DNA from: Candidatus Hydrogenedentota bacterium
Lineage (GTDB): Bacteria; Hydrogenedentota; Hydrogenedentia; Hydrogenedentales; CAITNO01
Direction: 5' to 3'
Length of the DNA: 64,000 nt
NCBI GenBank assembly: GCA_903893795.1
Contig: CAITNO010000046.1
Location: 3,807-67,806 of the forward strand
A program made the position numbers and the translations under genes. Shown in pieces: positions 37,423 through 47,218 of the stretch (position 1 is its first letter; each line of letters opens with the position of its first letter). The notes under the pieces are model-generated. The model made no database searches and was not told where the DNA came from. It worked only from the letters and a program-made list of their open reading frames with translations.

Positions 37423-38784
37423 CTACGCGCTGATCTCCGGCAATTCCCAGCCCTTGCGGAAGTGGGGCTTTAGGAATTCAGTGGCAGCATCGCTGTTGCT
37501 GAAGCGCAGCTTGTCGCCGTCCCACTTCAGTTCTTCCTCGGGGAAGCGCCAGCAGACGGCGGCGAGCAGAATCCATTCGGCGTAGGGACCGGCGATGCTG
37601 AAGTTGGAGACGGCGGGCTTGCCGCCCTTGACGGCCTGGATCCAGTTCTCATAGTGCCCGTCGGTCACGCGCTCGATGACGGGCTTGGGCAGTTCGTAGT
37701 CTTTCATTTTGGCGGCGGGCAGCAGGCTGACTTCCTCGCCGCGGCCCTTGGTGCCGATGAAGCCCTTGGTGCCGACGAAGATCTCGTTCCAGTCCTTGCA
37801 GTCCTCGGCGGTCAAGCCCTCGGGCGGCTGGAACTTCGCCGCCGATGCGCCCTCGTACCAGTATACTTTGACCGGCGGCATTTTGCCCGCCGGGACGTGG
37901 GGGTTGGGCCGTTCGGGGAACTGCATGACGCAGGAGTAGCTGGGATAGGTGACGGGGTTCACGCCGGACACTTCCAGGCAGCGCACCGTGTCGGGCCGGC
38001 CGAGTTGGAGCGCCCAGTTGGCCGGGCCGAACTGGTGGATGCCCCAGTCGCCGACCATCTGGGAACCGTAATCGAGGAAACCGCGCCAGTTGATCGGGTG
38101 AATCTTGGAACTGTAGGGCTGCTCTTTGGTGTGCCCCATCCACAGGTCCCATTCCACCGTGGCCGGGATGTCCTCTTTCGGGGGCCATGCGGTGATGTCG
38201 CGGGCAAAGCCGCCGCCGCTCATGGAATGCACTTCCAGCACATCGCCGATGACGCCGCTCCAGATCATCTCGCAGGCGACGCGGGTCGCGTCGCAGGAGT
38301 AGCCCTGGTTGCCCATCTGCGTGGGCACCTTGTATTTCTTCTCCGCGTTGGTGATGAGCCGCGCCTCCCAGACGCTCTGGGTCAGCGGCTTCTGGCAGTG
38401 CACGGCCAGGCCGCGCTCCATGGCTGCCAGCGAGATGCTCGCGTGCATGTGGTCCGGCGTGGTCACCGTGATGGCGTCCAGGTTCTTGTATTCCTTGTCC
38501 AGCATCTCGCGAAAGTCGCGGTATTGTTTCGCGGCGGGAAAGCGCGGGACCATCTTGCCGAGCTGGTCGGCATCGATGTCGCAAAGCGCGTAAATGTTGT
38601 TCCCTTCCGACACGTTCTGCACGTCGTTGCCGCCCATCATGCCGCCCACGCCGACGCAGCCGATGTTCAGCTTCTCGCTCGGTGGCACGCCCCCCTCCCG
38701 CGCCAGCACGTGGGACGGGACGATGCTGAACAGGGAGGCGGCCGCGCTGGTGGCCAGGAAATCACGCCTTGAGATCTTGCTCAT
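37423..38784 (-). CDS. Gfo/Idh/MocA family oxidoreductase with Tat signal
   Basis: MSKISRRDFLATSAAASL twin-arginine signal. Rossmann GCVGVGGMMGG. Family-typical length and C-terminal alpha/beta domain. Confidence 0.75.
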   Translation of the reverse strand: MSKISRRDFLATSAAASLFSIVPSHVLAREGGVPPSEKLNIGCVGVGGMMGGNDVQNVSEGNNIYALCDIDADQLGKMVPRFPAAKQYRDFREMLDKEYKNLDAITVTTPDHMHASISLAAMERGLAVHCQKPLTQSVWEARLITNAEKKYKVPTQMGNQGYSCDATRVACEMIWSGVIGDVLEVHSMSGGGFARDITAWPPKEDIPATVEWDLWMGHTKEQPYSSKIHPINWRGFLDYGSQMVGDWGIHQFGPANWALQLGRPDTVRCLEVSGVNPVTYPSYSCVMQFPERPNPHVPAGKMPPVKVYWYEGASAAKFQPPEGLTAEDCKDWNEIFVGTKGFIGTKGRGEEVSLLPAAKMKDYELPKPVIERVTDGHYENWIQAVKGGKPAVSNFSIAGPYAEWILLAAVCWRFPEEELKWDGDKLRFSNSDAATEFLKPHFRKGWELPEISA

Positions 38785-38928
38785 GAGAATAATCGCCTTA
38801 TGCGTTGGTTGCGGACAGTGCGGCAAGTGTCGCAAAGGTGCGCGGGACTTTTCAAACGCGATTAAGCAGATTTATCAATTCTCATCCTCCATTTCGAGGA
38901 GGGCGCAACCCCGGGCGGCGCCCTCGTT

Positions 38929-39174
38929 GTGAAGATGGCCCGAAATCTGGGCGAAATGGGCAAGTTGGCCCGTCGGGGTTGTCTAACAGGCGGTGTGTTC
39001 ATAGTAGCACTACGACTTGAATTCAAGCGTTCGACTGTCTCACTATCATTGACAGCGAATAATCGGGAGTATCACGACAGCAGTTTGGACAAGGCAGGCA
39101 GGTTCTCACGTCGCTCCCGAGATTTGGCCAAGTATGGGTGTTTTTTCGCACGAGTCTTTTTTCTGACCGAATAG
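38929..39174 (+). CDS. Small hypothetical ORF (81 aa), questionable
   Basis: Lies in a lower-GC 400-bp intergenic stretch. No RBS or family recognised. Confidence 0.15.
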   Translation: MKMARNLGEMGKLARRGCLTGGVFIVALRLEFKRSTVSLSLTANNREYHDSSLDKAGRFSRRSRDLAKYGCFFARVFFLTE

Positions 39175-39206
39175 GTGCATCATTGCATCATTGAAAGGGC
39201 CAACGA

Positions 39207-39968
39207 ATGGTTAATTCCTTCTACCTGGGTCTTGCAGGTGCCGTCATTCTTGTGGTTGTGGGGGTTGTCCTTGTGGTGGTTGGCCGCAGGCGGCGCGAAC
39301 TCAGGGCGCAGATTGTGCAAACACCTGTCGTGCCGATCGCGCAACTGGGCACAGGCCAATATGCGGCGCTATGCGGTGTGGCCGCGGCGACGGATGTGGC
39401 ACTGACGGCGCCGTTTGCCAATATTCCCTGCGTGTGCTACAGCTACAGTGTTGAGGAGCGCGTTCGCGAAGTGAAAGAGGGGCGCGAATCCGACAGTTGG
39501 CGAACGGTCGACCAGGGGAGCGAACGCACCGCGTTCACTGTCACGGACGCGACCGGCAGCGCCAGAATCAACGTGACTGGCGCCAAGCTGGACATGATTC
39601 TTGTAAAGTCGGGTTACCTCCCCCAATGGGCGCCATCGGCGGGCGGTATCATGGGCCACGTATCGGAATTGCTGACCGATATCGCTATGCTCTCCGGAGA
39701 GATGGCGAATGTGAAGGTCAGTGTCTCCGCGATTCCCCTGAACAGCGAGGTCTACATTCTTGGCGAGGTACACTCCGACCAAGCCGGTCAGCCGGTGGTT
39801 GCTGTGGCGAACAAGACGCTTTTTGTAAGCGCGCGTTCCAAGGAACAGGTCGTGCGCAGCATGGGAATTTCCTCACTGATCTTCCTTGCGCTCGGTCCCA
39901 TCGCCGCCGCAGCCGGCTTTGTTTTGGGCTGGTATGCGCTGACAGGACGGCTGGCCGGGCATCATTAA
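39207..39968 (+). CDS. Hypothetical membrane protein with N- and C-terminal TM helices (possibly GIDE-like)
   Basis: N-terminal TM followed by an RRRR stop-transfer, beta-rich middle, C-terminal TM. This topology resembles bacterial GIDE/DUF proteins. Low certainty. Confidence 0.45.
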   Translation: MVNSFYLGLAGAVILVVVGVVLVVVGRRRRELRAQIVQTPVVPIAQLGTGQYAALCGVAAATDVALTAPFANIPCVCYSYSVEERVREVKEGRESDSWRTVDQGSERTAFTVTDATGSARINVTGAKLDMILVKSGYLPQWAPSAGGIMGHVSELLTDIAMLSGEMANVKVSVSAIPLNSEVYILGEVHSDQAGQPVVAVANKTLFVSARSKEQVVRSMGISSLIFLALGPIAAAAGFVLGWYALTGRLAGHH

Positions 39969-40042
39969 GAGGTCGGCACAAGGACAGTGGGAGTGTTCCT
40001 GTGGCGTGCTCCGTCGTCCCAATGACGACTTGCGGGGGGGCT

Positions 40043-41023
40043 CTACGCCGGGCCGAAGTGGTCGAAGCCGCGCTGACCCGGTTCCTGACCGTCGAGGCGG
40101 ATGCCCTGCCAGCCAGAACCGACCTCGCCGACCACGGTGAGGGGACGGCCGAATTCGGCGGCAAAGTCGCGGCAGATTTGGCTGGCCTGCTTCGGGTCGA
40201 GGGCGATGGCGAGTTCGTAGTCCTCTCCGCCGGAAAGGGCAAAACATTCCAGCGGTTCGCAGAGGATGCTGTCGAAGCCGTTGAGCGCCGGGGCGAGGGG
40301 CACGAGGTCGGAATCGACGTTGATGCCCACTTTGCTGCGCTCGGCGATATGGCCGAGGTCCTGAAGCAGTCCGTCGCTCAGGTCGATCATGGCATGCACA
40401 TCGGGATGGCCCAGCAGCCACCGGCCCTCGGCAAGGCGCGGCACAGGCCGCAGAAAGGCCTGAAGCAACAGCGGCGCGTCGATGCCGCGCTGGAGCACGA
40501 GCAGTCCCGCGGCGGCTTGGCCGGGAAATCCGGTGACGGCGACCACATCGCCGGGCCGCGCCCCGGCGCGGGTGAGGTAGCGCCCGTCCACTGCCTCACC
40601 CAGGACCGAGATGTCGATGCCTATGACGGACTTGGAGCCGGTCATGTCGCCGCCGACGAGGGCCGCGCCGCAGGACTCCACCATGTCGGCAATGCCCCCG
40701 CAGATTTCCTCGACCAGGGTGCTGTCGGACTCGGCGGGGCAGGCGACTGCGGAGAGCACGTAGCGCACGTCACCGCCCATGGCGGCAATATCGCTGATGG
40801 CACCCGCCGCGGCTTTCCAGCCAATGTCGTGCGGTGATGCCCAGTCGCGGCGGAAGTGGATGCCCTCGATGGAGGCGTCGCAGGTGGCCAGCAGCAGCGC
40901 ATTGCCGAAACGCAGCACGGCGCAGTCATCGCCAATCCCCTCGACGACGCCGGGGGTGCGCTTTAGCGCGCCCGTAATGCGTTCAATCAGTCCGAATTCG
41001 CCGATCTCGCGCAGGTTGGCCAT
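40043..41023 (-). CDS. thiL: Thiamine-monophosphate kinase
   Basis: AIR-synthase-related fold with LREIGEFGLIERI…GIGDDCAVL N-terminus typical of ThiL. ATG at 41023 has the best ggaggg spacing; alternatives at 41029 and 41047. Confidence 0.8.
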   Translation of the reverse strand: MANLREIGEFGLIERITGALKRTPGVVEGIGDDCAVLRFGNALLLATCDASIEGIHFRRDWASPHDIGWKAAAGAISDIAAMGGDVRYVLSAVACPAESDSTLVEEICGGIADMVESCGAALVGGDMTGSKSVIGIDISVLGEAVDGRYLTRAGARPGDVVAVTGFPGQAAAGLLVLQRGIDAPLLLQAFLRPVPRLAEGRWLLGHPDVHAMIDLSDGLLQDLGHIAERSKVGINVDSDLVPLAPALNGFDSILCEPLECFALSGGEDYELAIALDPKQASQICRDFAAEFGRPLTVVGEVGSGWQGIRLDGQEPGQRGFDHFGPA

Positions 41024-41025
41024 GC

Positions 41026-41913
41026 TCATCCCTCCAGTTCGCGCCATGCCTCGGGCAGCGCGTCGATGATGTCTCCCGCAACCATGGCTCTTGACGTCAT
41101 GCGGCGGGCGGCGATGTCTCCCGCAAGACCGTGGGCGTACACGCCGAGGCGCGCCGCGTCAAAGGCCTCCGCGCCCTGGGCCAGCAGCGATGCGATGATG
41201 CCCGTGAGCACGTCGCCCGAGCCGCCCGTGGCGAGTCCGGAATTGCCCGAGGGACAGCGGACGGCGCGGCCGTCGGGCGCGGCCACGAGGGTGCCGTGCC
41301 CCTTGAGCACCATGACCACGTTCCACTCCGCGGCGGCGGCAACTGCGATTTCCGCACGCGCCTGGTTGATGTCCGCAGCGGACTTTCCCGTGAGCCGGGC
41401 CATTTCGCCCGGGTGGGGGGTGAACACGCGCGGCCCGGCGGGGCTGTCCCCGCCGAAGCCCTCGAAGGTGCCTTCAATGGACAGCGCGTTGAGCCCGTCG
41501 GCGTCCACCACCATCGGGGCGGGGCATTCCGACGCCATGTCGCGGGCAAACTGGGCCGTTTCCGGATAGAGCGACAGGCCCGGCCCGAGCGCCACGGCGC
41601 TCTTTCCCCGCGCAAAGGCCAGGGCGTGGGCCAGTCCGGCGTGGGCGAAACTTTCCGCGTCGGTGGCGGGCAGCGGCAGTGTCATGGTCTCGCGCAACGA
41701 GACGGCGAAAATGTCGGCGAGCGGCCGGGGCACGCCCAGCGTGACCAGCCCCACGCCGGAGCGGTAGGCCGCCTCGCACACGAAGCGCGCCGCGCCGGTG
41801 AAACCGCGCGAGCCCGCCAGCACAAAGAGGTGGCCAAAGGTGCCCTTGTGCCCGTCGGCGGGACGTGGCGGCAGCAGCGCCGCAATCTCGACAGGATTCA
41901 TATCTTCCAGCAT
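41026..41913 (-). CDS. nnrD: ADP-dependent (S)-NAD(P)H-hydrate dehydratase (YjeF C-terminal domain)
   Basis: GHKGTFGHLFVLAGS…GPG…VVDADGL…GGSGDVLTGII motifs of the carbohydrate-kinase-like Nnr dehydratase domain. Confidence 0.8.
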   Translation of the reverse strand: MLEDMNPVEIAALLPPRPADGHKGTFGHLFVLAGSRGFTGAARFVCEAAYRSGVGLVTLGVPRPLADIFAVSLRETMTLPLPATDAESFAHAGLAHALAFARGKSAVALGPGLSLYPETAQFARDMASECPAPMVVDADGLNALSIEGTFEGFGGDSPAGPRVFTPHPGEMARLTGKSAADINQARAEIAVAAAAEWNVVMVLKGHGTLVAAPDGRAVRCPSGNSGLATGGSGDVLTGIIASLLAQGAEAFDAARLGVYAHGLAGDIAARRMTSRAMVAGDIIDALPEAWRELEG

Positions 41914-41925
41914 GACGGCTCCGTT

Positions 41926-43467
41926 CTAGAAGTAGAGCACCGTTGACACGTACAAAGCGTGCTGGTCCACATCGGCAGAGGTGCGGTACATGCCAAAACT
42001 GTCCTGCCGGACATGGTTGCCCCAACGGTACACATAGGCCAGGTCCAGGTTGACCCGGTCCTTGATGAGGACGCCCGCGCCGAGCGACACACCGAAGTAG
42101 TCGTCGGGCCTGCCGTCGCCGCGGCTCAGGCCGAAGGGGGTGCTCGGACGGTGGCTGGCCGGTTCGGGATCATAGAACAGGCCCGCCCGCAGGCTGGGCA
42201 GATAGTCCTGCTTCGGCTTGGCCGCGTTCACGAACACGTACTCGGCGCCCATGCGCACCGTCCAGGTGGCGTCGATGGGATTGTCGCCGTTTGGCAGACC
42301 AGTGACGCCCGAAATGACCTGGCGGCGCATGCTCCGGTTGTGCGGGTCGCGGATGACGAAGTCGTTCCAGTCGCGGCGCGTCACGTCCAGCGAGAGGGTC
42401 AGCTTGTCGTCTGCAAAGCGGTAGGCCGCACCCGCGCCGATGGCGTCGGGAAAGGTGATTTCCTGCGGACGGCGGGCGGTGGTCATGCCGAAGCCGGCGG
42501 CGCTGACGGTGGTGCGCACGGTCTGTGTGTACTCGGCGTCGGCGCACAGGCGGGTGTGATACACCATGCCGAGGCTGAGCCGGTCGTTGGGTTTGTAGAG
42601 CGTGCCAAGGGTGAAGTTCACCCCCTGAAAATCGCGGTACTTCTCCTCCATCTGAAAATGCACCCACGAGGAGGGAAGCGTCGCGCCGTTGATCATGAAG
42701 CGCCGCCGCTCGTCGGTGGTGATGGTCCATTCATTGTCCGGCAGCAGCGCGTGCTGGTAGAAATTGGCCACCACGCCCAGGGACCACTGGTCGGTGATTT
42801 CAAAACCGAAGGCGGGCGAAAGCGCGGCCAGTTGGCCGCGCTGTTTGTAGTCGATGTTGCTGAAGAGACTGGCGATGTTTCCGCCTGCAAGGGCGGTGCC
42901 GCTGCCGTAGTTCAGGCGCAGGTTTCGGTCGAAATCATACTTGCGCTGGTAGTTGAGGCTGAGCACAAAATTGCGCCCGGCCAGGGTCCACGGCACGGGC
43001 CATACGGCGCTCATGTAATTGATACCGTTGAGCGAGACGCTCTGCCCGCCGTCCAGTTCGGGATGGGCCAGGGACCGGAAATCCTCGCTGTGCCAGGCAA
43101 AGTCGTAGACGAGGGAGAATTCGGGGCGTTCAAGCTGGGTCAGTCCGCCGGGGTTCCACGATGCGGCGGTGGCGTCGTCCGCCACGGCGACGAAGGCGCC
43201 GCCCATGCCTATGGCACGCGCGCCGCTGCCCACGACGTTGGGCGACGACGTGATGTTGACCGACTGCCCCCACGCGGCCGACGCCGCGACGAGGAGCAGC
43301 GCGGCCAGGCTACATGGTAACGGCCGGCATGCCCTTTTCAATGGCAACGCCCTCCTGCTTTGTCTCCACGGTCTTGGCGCGGGTGCCCGTGTCGCCCGCG
43401 CTTTCGACGCGCGCGCGGCCCACCGGCACAAATTCGGCCGGGGCGAGCACCTCGCCCGTTTTCTCAC
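41926..43467 (-). CDS. Outer membrane transport protein, OMPP1/FadL/TodX family
   Basis: Signal peptide LAALLLVAASAAWGQS. GMGGAFVAVADDATAASWNPGGL N-terminal hatch motif. C-terminal Phe. The true start is unclear because no ATG precedes the signal peptide; the ORF-track start at 43467 gives an implausible Arg-rich extension overlapping the upstream gene. Confidence 0.6.
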   Translation of the reverse strand: MRKRARCSPRPNLCRWAARASKARATRAPAPRPWRQSRRALPLKRACRPLPCSLAALLLVAASAAWGQSVNITSSPNVVGSGARAIGMGGAFVAVADDATAASWNPGGLTQLERPEFSLVYDFAWHSEDFRSLAHPELDGGQSVSLNGINYMSAVWPVPWTLAGRNFVLSLNYQRKYDFDRNLRLNYGSGTALAGGNIASLFSNIDYKQRGQLAALSPAFGFEITDQWSLGVVANFYQHALLPDNEWTITTDERRRFMINGATLPSSWVHFQMEEKYRDFQGVNFTLGTLYKPNDRLSLGMVYHTRLCADAEYTQTVRTTVSAAGFGMTTARRPQEITFPDAIGAGAAYRFADDKLTLSLDVTRRDWNDFVIRDPHNRSMRRQVISGVTGLPNGDNPIDATWTVRMGAEYVFVNAAKPKQDYLPSLRAGLFYDPEPASHRPSTPFGLSRGDGRPDDYFGVSLGAGVLIKDRVNLDLAYVYRWGNHVRQDSFGMYRTSADVDQHALYVSTVLYF

Positions 43468-45418
43468 CCAGCCACGGCGGCGACTCGGTCACCACGAGCA
43501 GATAGGCGCCGGGGCGCACCCCGTCCTCGCGGGTCCAGTTGAGCAGCAGTTCGGAGGCCCCAGCCGCGCCGCGCACCGCCGTCACCTCGCCCGATAGCCG
43601 GGGATAGGCCTGCGTGAGCTGCGCCGCAAGCGATGCGCAGCACTGGTCCACCGCCGCGGCGTCGCCGCGGTCCGGCGCGAAGGCGTCGATGACGGTCACG
43701 ATTTCGGAGCTTTCCGTGCTGATGACGCGGACCTTGACCTCCACGCCCTTGTCATCGCGGGGAAAAACCTCGCCCACGAGAAAGATCTGCGCGTTGGTCA
43801 GCCGGCCGAGCGCGATGGCCTGGTCGGGGTCGGCCAGCGCGGCGGCAAGTTGCTGCTCGGTGAGCACGGCCTGAAGATTGGCGCGGTCCAGCAGGCGGAA
43901 ACGTCCGCCCGCGGCCAGCCGCGACTCCGTTTCGGCGCGCAGCCGCGCCACCAGGGCATCGTCCAGTCCCGCGCCCGAAAAGGCCAGCACGGCCACGGGC
44001 ATGCGCGACTCGGGCGCGTCGAGCCGCACCGGGCGCACCTCCACGTCGACCGCCTTGTCGATCGCATGGCCGGCACCGTCCTCGGCATGCACGGCCACGG
44101 CCACACGGCCCACGCCGTCCTTCAGCGTGGACTCGTCGATGGGGATGCGGCGGTTGAAGCTTTCCCTGGGCGCGCCGGTCAAGGGGTCAAAGGGCTCGCC
44201 GTTGATTTGCAGCGACTTCACCGGGCTGGCCGAGACCACCTCGCCGGAAACGGTAAGCGTGCGGCTGTGCCGGTAGGGCTTGTCGGTCTGGGGCGATTTG
44301 AGCCGGATTTCACCGCCTGCGGCGGGGGCGGGCGGCGCGTCCTGTGCGAGCATCTGAAGGGCCGACGCGCCATCGTCGGCGGAGGCAAACACCAGCGCCT
44401 GCCCGTCGCGGTGCTGGCGGTTGAGCCACAGCTTTGCCTCGCGCGAGGCCGGGTCGCCCTGGAACACCTTGATGGCGGTGCGCGTCTCGTTGCCGGCCGT
44501 GTCGCGCGCGGCCACGACGAAAAGGTTCTCGCCCTTGGCCAGCGGCAGTTTCGTGTTGAACTCCAGGCGCGGCACGCCGGGCGACTCGGCCAGGATGCGC
44601 TTGTCGCAGTCCACCCGCGTGACACCGTTCTTGTCGGCCGAGGCCCCTTCGAGCATGATCATGTTGTCCGGCGTGACCGTCGGCTCGATGGGGGTGAAGA
44701 TGCCGAGCGTGGGGCCCGTGAGATCCACCGTGACCTCCACCTTGGTGGTGGTTTCCTTGCCTGCGAGGTTCTTTGCCGTCAGGGTGACGGTGTTCTTTCC
44801 CTCGGTCAGTGCCACCTTCTCCTTCGCCTTCACTTCGGGCCTGCTTCCCCGCTGGGGAAGCACCCGGTTGTTGACGCGCACTTCCGCCACGCCCACCGCG
44901 TCCCTCGCGCTCAGTTCAAGCGGCAGGTCGCGTTCGGCGATAATGTGTTCGGCCGGGGCAACGATGCCCGGTGCGGCATCGTCTTTCAGCGTGCCCTGCG
45001 CAATGCGCGCCTTCTTCACCTCGTCGAGATAGAAATGGGCGCGGTCCGTGTCCACCGCCGCGAGCGAGGCGTTCAGCAGTTGTTCCGCCTCGTCGAGTTT
45101 GCCCCCATGAAAACAGCACACCCCCAGTTCGCGGCTGGGAAAGTACTCCACAAAATGCAGGCCGTAGGTGCGCGCGCGCCAGGTGTCGGTGGAACGGCCG
45201 TGCAGCGCCTGCCGAAAATCGGCCTCGGCCTGGGCGTACAGGTTGCCGGAAAGGTAGGAAGATCCGCGTTCGTAGTAGTTCCACCAGCGGCCGTGGAAAA
45301 TACCCTTCGTCACCCCGAATTGGGCACCGTCGCGCGGGCGGAGCGACGCCTCATCAGAGACGCAACCCGCCAAAGCGAGGACGCCGAGAAGAAATCCTGC
45401 CGTTGCCCGTCTGCCCAT
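43310..45418 (-). CDS. Lipoprotein with Ig-like/TPR-like regions and CsgG/LpoB-like C-terminal domain
   Basis: Lipobox LALAGC. LDRANLQAVLTEQQL motif as in CsgG/LpoB-type proteins. ATG at 45418. Confidence 0.5.
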   Translation of the reverse strand: MGRRATAGFLLGVLALAGCVSDEASLRPRDGAQFGVTKGIFHGRWWNYYERGSSYLSGNLYAQAEADFRQALHGRSTDTWRARTYGLHFVEYFPSRELGVCCFHGGKLDEAEQLLNASLAAVDTDRAHFYLDEVKKARIAQGTLKDDAAPGIVAPAEHIIAERDLPLELSARDAVGVAEVRVNNRVLPQRGSRPEVKAKEKVALTEGKNTVTLTAKNLAGKETTTKVEVTVDLTGPTLGIFTPIEPTVTPDNMIMLEGASADKNGVTRVDCDKRILAESPGVPRLEFNTKLPLAKGENLFVVAARDTAGNETRTAIKVFQGDPASREAKLWLNRQHRDGQALVFASADDGASALQMLAQDAPPAPAAGGEIRLKSPQTDKPYRHSRTLTVSGEVVSASPVKSLQINGEPFDPLTGAPRESFNRRIPIDESTLKDGVGRVAVAVHAEDGAGHAIDKAVDVEVRPVRLDAPESRMPVAVLAFSGAGLDDALVARLRAETESRLAAGGRFRLLDRANLQAVLTEQQLAAALADPDQAIALGRLTNAQIFLVGEVFPRDDKGVEVKVRVISTESSEIVTVIDAFAPDRGDAAAVDQCCASLAAQLTQAYPRLSGEVTAVRGAAGASELLLNWTREDGVRPGAYLLVVTESPPWLGEKTGEVLAPAEFVPVGRARVESAGDTGTRAKTVETKQEGVAIEKGMPAVTM

Positions 45419-45509
45419 GCCGCACCGTCCCTTGTTCAGGCCTTCCCTAAATATATCATCTGGCTGGATTTTTGTAAACCAAAGACCCCGGGGCAACCTC
45501 TCCGACGTC

Positions 45510-46520
45510 CTATCCCTCCAGCAATTTCAACACCTGTTGGAAGGGCAGCAGCGCGGCGGCCAGCGGGTCGGTTTTGGGCGCGGACAGTTCCGGCAGGGTG
45601 GTGACCCCGTGCAGACGGAGCGTAAGGGCGTCGGCGATGGCCTGGGCCTGGCTCTCGGCCAAAAGTGGGTCGGCCTCGTCGCGGGCCAGCGCGTCGAGCG
45701 CGCTCCATGCCTGGTCGAGCGCGCCGAGCACGCGCGGCCAGTTGACCCATTCGGGCGCTGCCCCCTTGTCGAGCAGGGTCTTGGCCAGTTCGCGGGTTTC
45801 CAGGCGGCAGAGCCGCTCGCGTTTGCCCTTGATGGCGCGGATAAAGCCGGAAAGGGCCATGTCGTCCAGGGCGTCATGGATGGTTTTCTGGGCGTAATGG
45901 GTTTCGGTCGCGATGCGGCGCGGATAGCCGAAGGGATGGGTCATGAGGAACAGGAGAATCTCACAACGCGCATTTACGCCGAGCAGGGCGCGCAAGCGGG
46001 TAAGCGCCACTCCTTTGCCGGCGGTGCGGAAACCGGAATGGCCGCGCAGCAGCGCGGGACCGCGCAGCAGCCCTGCATGGAGAAAGTCGGGGTCCGGTTC
46101 GGTCAGCACCGGCAGTGGACGGCCGTCACGGCCCAGAAAGAGCGGCACCGGCTCGGCTGTGGACGCTTTGGGGGAGGATAGGCTTTCCCAGCGGCGCTGC
46201 TTGGTGCGTTTGGCCAGAAAGCGCGCCACGCCGGACAGCACCGCCGCGCCCGTGCAGGGTTCTTGGCCGATCATCGTGCGTAGGCGCTGCACATTGACAA
46301 ATCGCTCGTACTTTACCAGCCAGTCCAGCGCCTCGTCGAAGAGCCGCGCATCGTAGCGCCCGCAGGCGCATAGCAGCATGAGGGCCGCTTCGGGATCGGC
46401 ATAGTGGCGGTGCGACTGGCCGCCATAGCCGGCCACGCCCAGCGCTGACCATTGACGCCAGAGAAAACCCAGCATGCCGTCGAGGACGGTGCCGTTATAG
46501 TCTTTCAGCGATGTTGCCAT
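45510..46520 (-). CDS. Hypothetical protein with putative winged-helix region, partner of the NTase-like gene
   Basis: ATG at 46520 (MATSLKDYNG…). wHTH-like segment (…ARCEILLFLMTHPFGYPRRIATETHYAQKTIHDALDDMALSGFI…). 26-bp overlap with the upstream NTase-like gene. Confidence 0.45.
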   Translation of the reverse strand: MATSLKDYNGTVLDGMLGFLWRQWSALGVAGYGGQSHRHYADPEAALMLLCACGRYDARLFDEALDWLVKYERFVNVQRLRTMIGQEPCTGAAVLSGVARFLAKRTKQRRWESLSSPKASTAEPVPLFLGRDGRPLPVLTEPDPDFLHAGLLRGPALLRGHSGFRTAGKGVALTRLRALLGVNARCEILLFLMTHPFGYPRRIATETHYAQKTIHDALDDMALSGFIRAIKGKRERLCRLETRELAKTLLDKGAAPEWVNWPRVLGALDQAWSALDALARDEADPLLAESQAQAIADALTLRLHGVTTLPELSAPKTDPLAAALLPFQQVLKLLEG

Positions 46521-47103
46521 AACCGAGATACCCCAGCAGGCCGGACAGCGATTGTACAAAGACGGGATCAGGCTTTCGCGCAACGGCCCAACGGGCCGCC
46601 TGTTCAAGTTCATCGACGTTGGGCGCCAGTGCAAGCAGGTCATCGAGATGGCGGCCGCCCGCGTTGACTGCGGCCAGCAGCTTAAAGTGAATCTGGTCGA
46701 GCCGCCCGACAAAAAACACCCGCAAATGACTGCCATACTCGCGGCAAATCATGCGGTGCTCAATGCCCTCGGGCAGGCCCTGCTGAAACAGGCCATTGTC
46801 CCGCGCGCTGGGCTCATTGTTGAGCCAGTTCTCCGGCAAACCCAGCGTTTTCGCAGCACGATCGGCCGCCTCAATCAGGTTGTCCGGCAGGGGAACGGGC
46901 GCCACAAGCTCCCTGTCCGCATTCATAAAGGCCAGTATGTCAACGTCTTGGGTGGTCCTGGTCTGAAGTCCCCGGACCAGCAGGGCCGCACCGCCGCACA
47001 CGACAAGGTCCATGGGTACGGCCTGCTGCAAACGCAGATGGCCGCCCAGCAATCGTAACGCCTTTTCGAGTTCTTCAGAGCCGATATTCATGCCTTTATC
47101 CAC
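46495..47103 (-). CDS. Nucleotidyltransferase-fold protein, AbiEii/DUF1814-like (putative toxin or defence NTase)
   Basis: N-terminal VVCGGAALLVRGLQTRTTQDVDIL fits the GGxAL…R.T.D.D pattern of AbiEii-type Pol-beta superfamily NTases. Confidence 0.45.
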   Translation of the reverse strand: MDKGMNIGSEELEKALRLLGGHLRLQQAVPMDLVVCGGAALLVRGLQTRTTQDVDILAFMNADRELVAPVPLPDNLIEAADRAAKTLGLPENWLNNEPSARDNGLFQQGLPEGIEHRMICREYGSHLRVFFVGRLDQIHFKLLAAVNAGGRHLDDLLALAPNVDELEQAARWAVARKPDPVFVQSLSGLLGYLGYGNIAERL

Positions 47104-47120
47104 TTGGACTGAGTGGTTAA

Positions 47121-47149
47121 AGTATACTGAACTACGGGGTAAAGGTCAA
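47121..47149 (-). promoter_or_regulatory. Sigma70-like promoter (TTGACC-17 bp-TATACT) for the NTase-like operon
   Basis: On the minus strand: ttgacc tttaccccgtagttcag tatact, ~20-30 nt upstream of the start codon. Confidence 0.4.
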
Positions 47150-47218
47150 TAAGATTTATGGTGCGGGGTATGAACGCGCCATGAATTGGGAGGAATCGTT
47201 TACGAAAAGAGCGTGATC

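Noticed and set aside
37654-38772. 372-aa plus-strand ORF
   Set aside because: Antisense to the Gfo/Idh/MocA oxidoreductase gene.
41959-43320. 453-aa plus-strand ORF, and 43850..45604 584-aa plus-strand ORF
   Set aside because: Antisense to the FadL-like and CsgG-like lipoprotein genes respectively. High-GC artefacts.
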